DNA of 64,000 bases from Bdellovibrionales bacterium (GTDB lineage: Bacteria > Bdellovibrionota > Bdellovibrionia > Bdellovibrionales > UBA1609), in assembly GCA_027317865.1 (NCBI GenBank), contig DAHVQG010000003.1, positions 148,207 through 212,206 on the forward strand. The letters run 5' to 3'. Every line of letters starts with the position of its first letter. Positions within the stretch are counted from its first letter, which is position 1. Shown here one piece after another: positions 63,309 through 64,000 of this stretch. The notes below the pieces were generated by a model. That model was not told the DNA's origin. It saw nothing but the letters and a program-made list of their open reading frames with translations, and searched no databases. The position numbers and the translations under genes were made by a program.

Positions 63309-63900
63309 CAGATGCCTCCAACAGTGATTTTTGCGCTTCAAGCTGCAAGTGTGGAACCCAACTCTTATGAGCTTGTCGTGAAAGCAAGAAGAAATGAGTG
63401 TGGTAAGATTCAGATAGAAGCTGGTAGCGCCGCAATTCGCGCTCAGAAAAAACGCTGACATCAGCATGACCGGTTTTAAGTGAGGGGCCAGCCACGCCAA
63501 TGTCAGCGACAATAACTTGAAAGCAACCCGATTCGAGAACTTGGATCAAACACCAATTCACTTGATTGCCGGCTTCAACAAAAAGAATATTTTGTAAATT
63601 CGCGCCCTTTTGCGACAGAGCAAACGGATGGACAGTAAGCTTGCTTGTGACCCATGCGACTCGCATCTCAGGATGTTCACTTAGAAATAAAGCCAGAGCC
63701 GTTGTTTTAGTTGGGCCGACAATTTCAATCAATGAGCCGACGGCGAATCCGTCTTCATAAAATGAAAACGAAGTTCGCTCTTTTGTCTGGCCATCTGCTC
63801 CTAGTCGCTGGCGCAGTTCATCGAATTTTTTAAGCCGTGCGGTCGCGACATCGTCTTCGCGCTGGGCAGACAAATCAATTTGCGTAACGGATGAGTCCAT
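63253..63900 (-). CDS. imuA: ImuA (RecA/SulA-like) component of the mutasome cassette
   Basis: The 215-aa ORF has a degenerate RecA-like core (GSLIEIVGPTKTTALALFLSE). It is the first gene of the imuA-imuB-dnaE2 arrangement. Confidence 0.7.
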   Translation of the reverse strand: MDSSVTQIDLSAQREDDVATARLKKFDELRQRLGADGQTKERTSFSFYEDGFAVGSLIEIVGPTKTTALALFLSEHPEMRVAWVTSKLTVHPFALSQKGANLQNILFVEAGNQVNWCLIQVLESGCFQVIVADIGVAGPSLKTGHADVSVFSERELRRYQLLSESYHTHFFLLSRQAHKSWVPHLQLEAQKSLLEASDGSSSRPRHMHLLCPSRF

Positions 63901-64000
63901 GCATTACCCCTGCAATTCGAAAACTTTGGTGAGGTTCGACAATAATTGGTTTGTATTTGGGATTGGCCGCGTGCAACTCAACTCGATCAGCCCGCTTTTT

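Noticed and set aside
61803-63512. The track lists a long version of imuB (569 aa, start 63512).
   Set aside because: The extra 68 N-terminal residues would overlap imuA by 260 nt and look like out-of-frame noise (Cys/His/Leu-rich). The Y-family-like fold begins right after ATG 63308.
63904-63915. A possible LexA operator lies upstream of imuA (TTGCAGGGGTAA on the minus strand).
   Set aside because: It is an imperfect palindrome with the wrong spacing for the TTAC-N3-GTAA type, and it overlaps the ribosome-binding site. I cannot support it as an SOS box.
63933-63939. A GGTTCGA T-loop-like string might have indicated a tRNA at the window edge.
   Set aside because: The flanking sequence cannot be folded into acceptor or anticodon arms, and the motif is not followed by the ATCC of a T-arm. 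I found no tRNA or rRNA signatures in any intergenic gap.
1-64000. I searched for mobile elements, CRISPR arrays, prophage genes and toxin-antitoxin pairs.
   Set aside because: No transposase, integrase, recombinase or phage-like proteins appear among the translated ORFs. There is no array of regularly spaced direct repeats. The only tandem repeats are short in-frame coding repeats at 626-690 and 9148-9192.

Overview
This is a 64-kb, gene-dense chromosomal segment from a Gram-negative (diderm) bacterium, with about 60 protein genes on both strands. By eye I found no rRNA, tRNA, CRISPR array, integrase or transposase. The backbone is housekeeping: maeB, a fadA-fadB beta-oxidation pair, proB-proA, mutS2, lnt, pdxJ, rpmG (59 aa, absent from the ORF track), greA, sohB, mutM, rpsD, dnaJ and dnaK. 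It also carries phoB-phoR, a second OmpR/histidine-kinase pair, a REC-GGDEF cyclase, a type IV pilin, an S8 protease and an imuA-imuB-dnaE2 mutagenesis cassette. Blocks of signal-peptide orphan proteins lie between these genes. Gene ends are very compact: there are many 4-nt start/stop overlaps and several convergent genes with overlapping 3' ends. The content (many exported orphans, secreted hydrolases and phosphatases, a pilin) resembles Bdellovibrio-like or Oligoflexia-type organisms, but inspection alone cannot establish taxonomy. The best candidates for something new are: (1) an exported three-gene operon at 25908-28042 whose last gene looks like a circularly permuted pepsin-fold (DUF3443-type) protein paired with a DUF2844-like protein; (2) a secreted protein at 567-1520 ending in a cationic RPPxxRPP array that resembles proline-rich antimicrobial peptides; (3) a translationally coupled exported pair at 10715-13170 containing a permuted papain-like (YiiX/C92-type) domain; (4) tandem secreted Cys-phosphatase paralogs at 7617-9207; (5) a divergent M13-like lipoprotein peptidase directly downstream of the imuABC cassette. 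All functional calls rest on motif recognition by eye and need HMM or structure confirmation.
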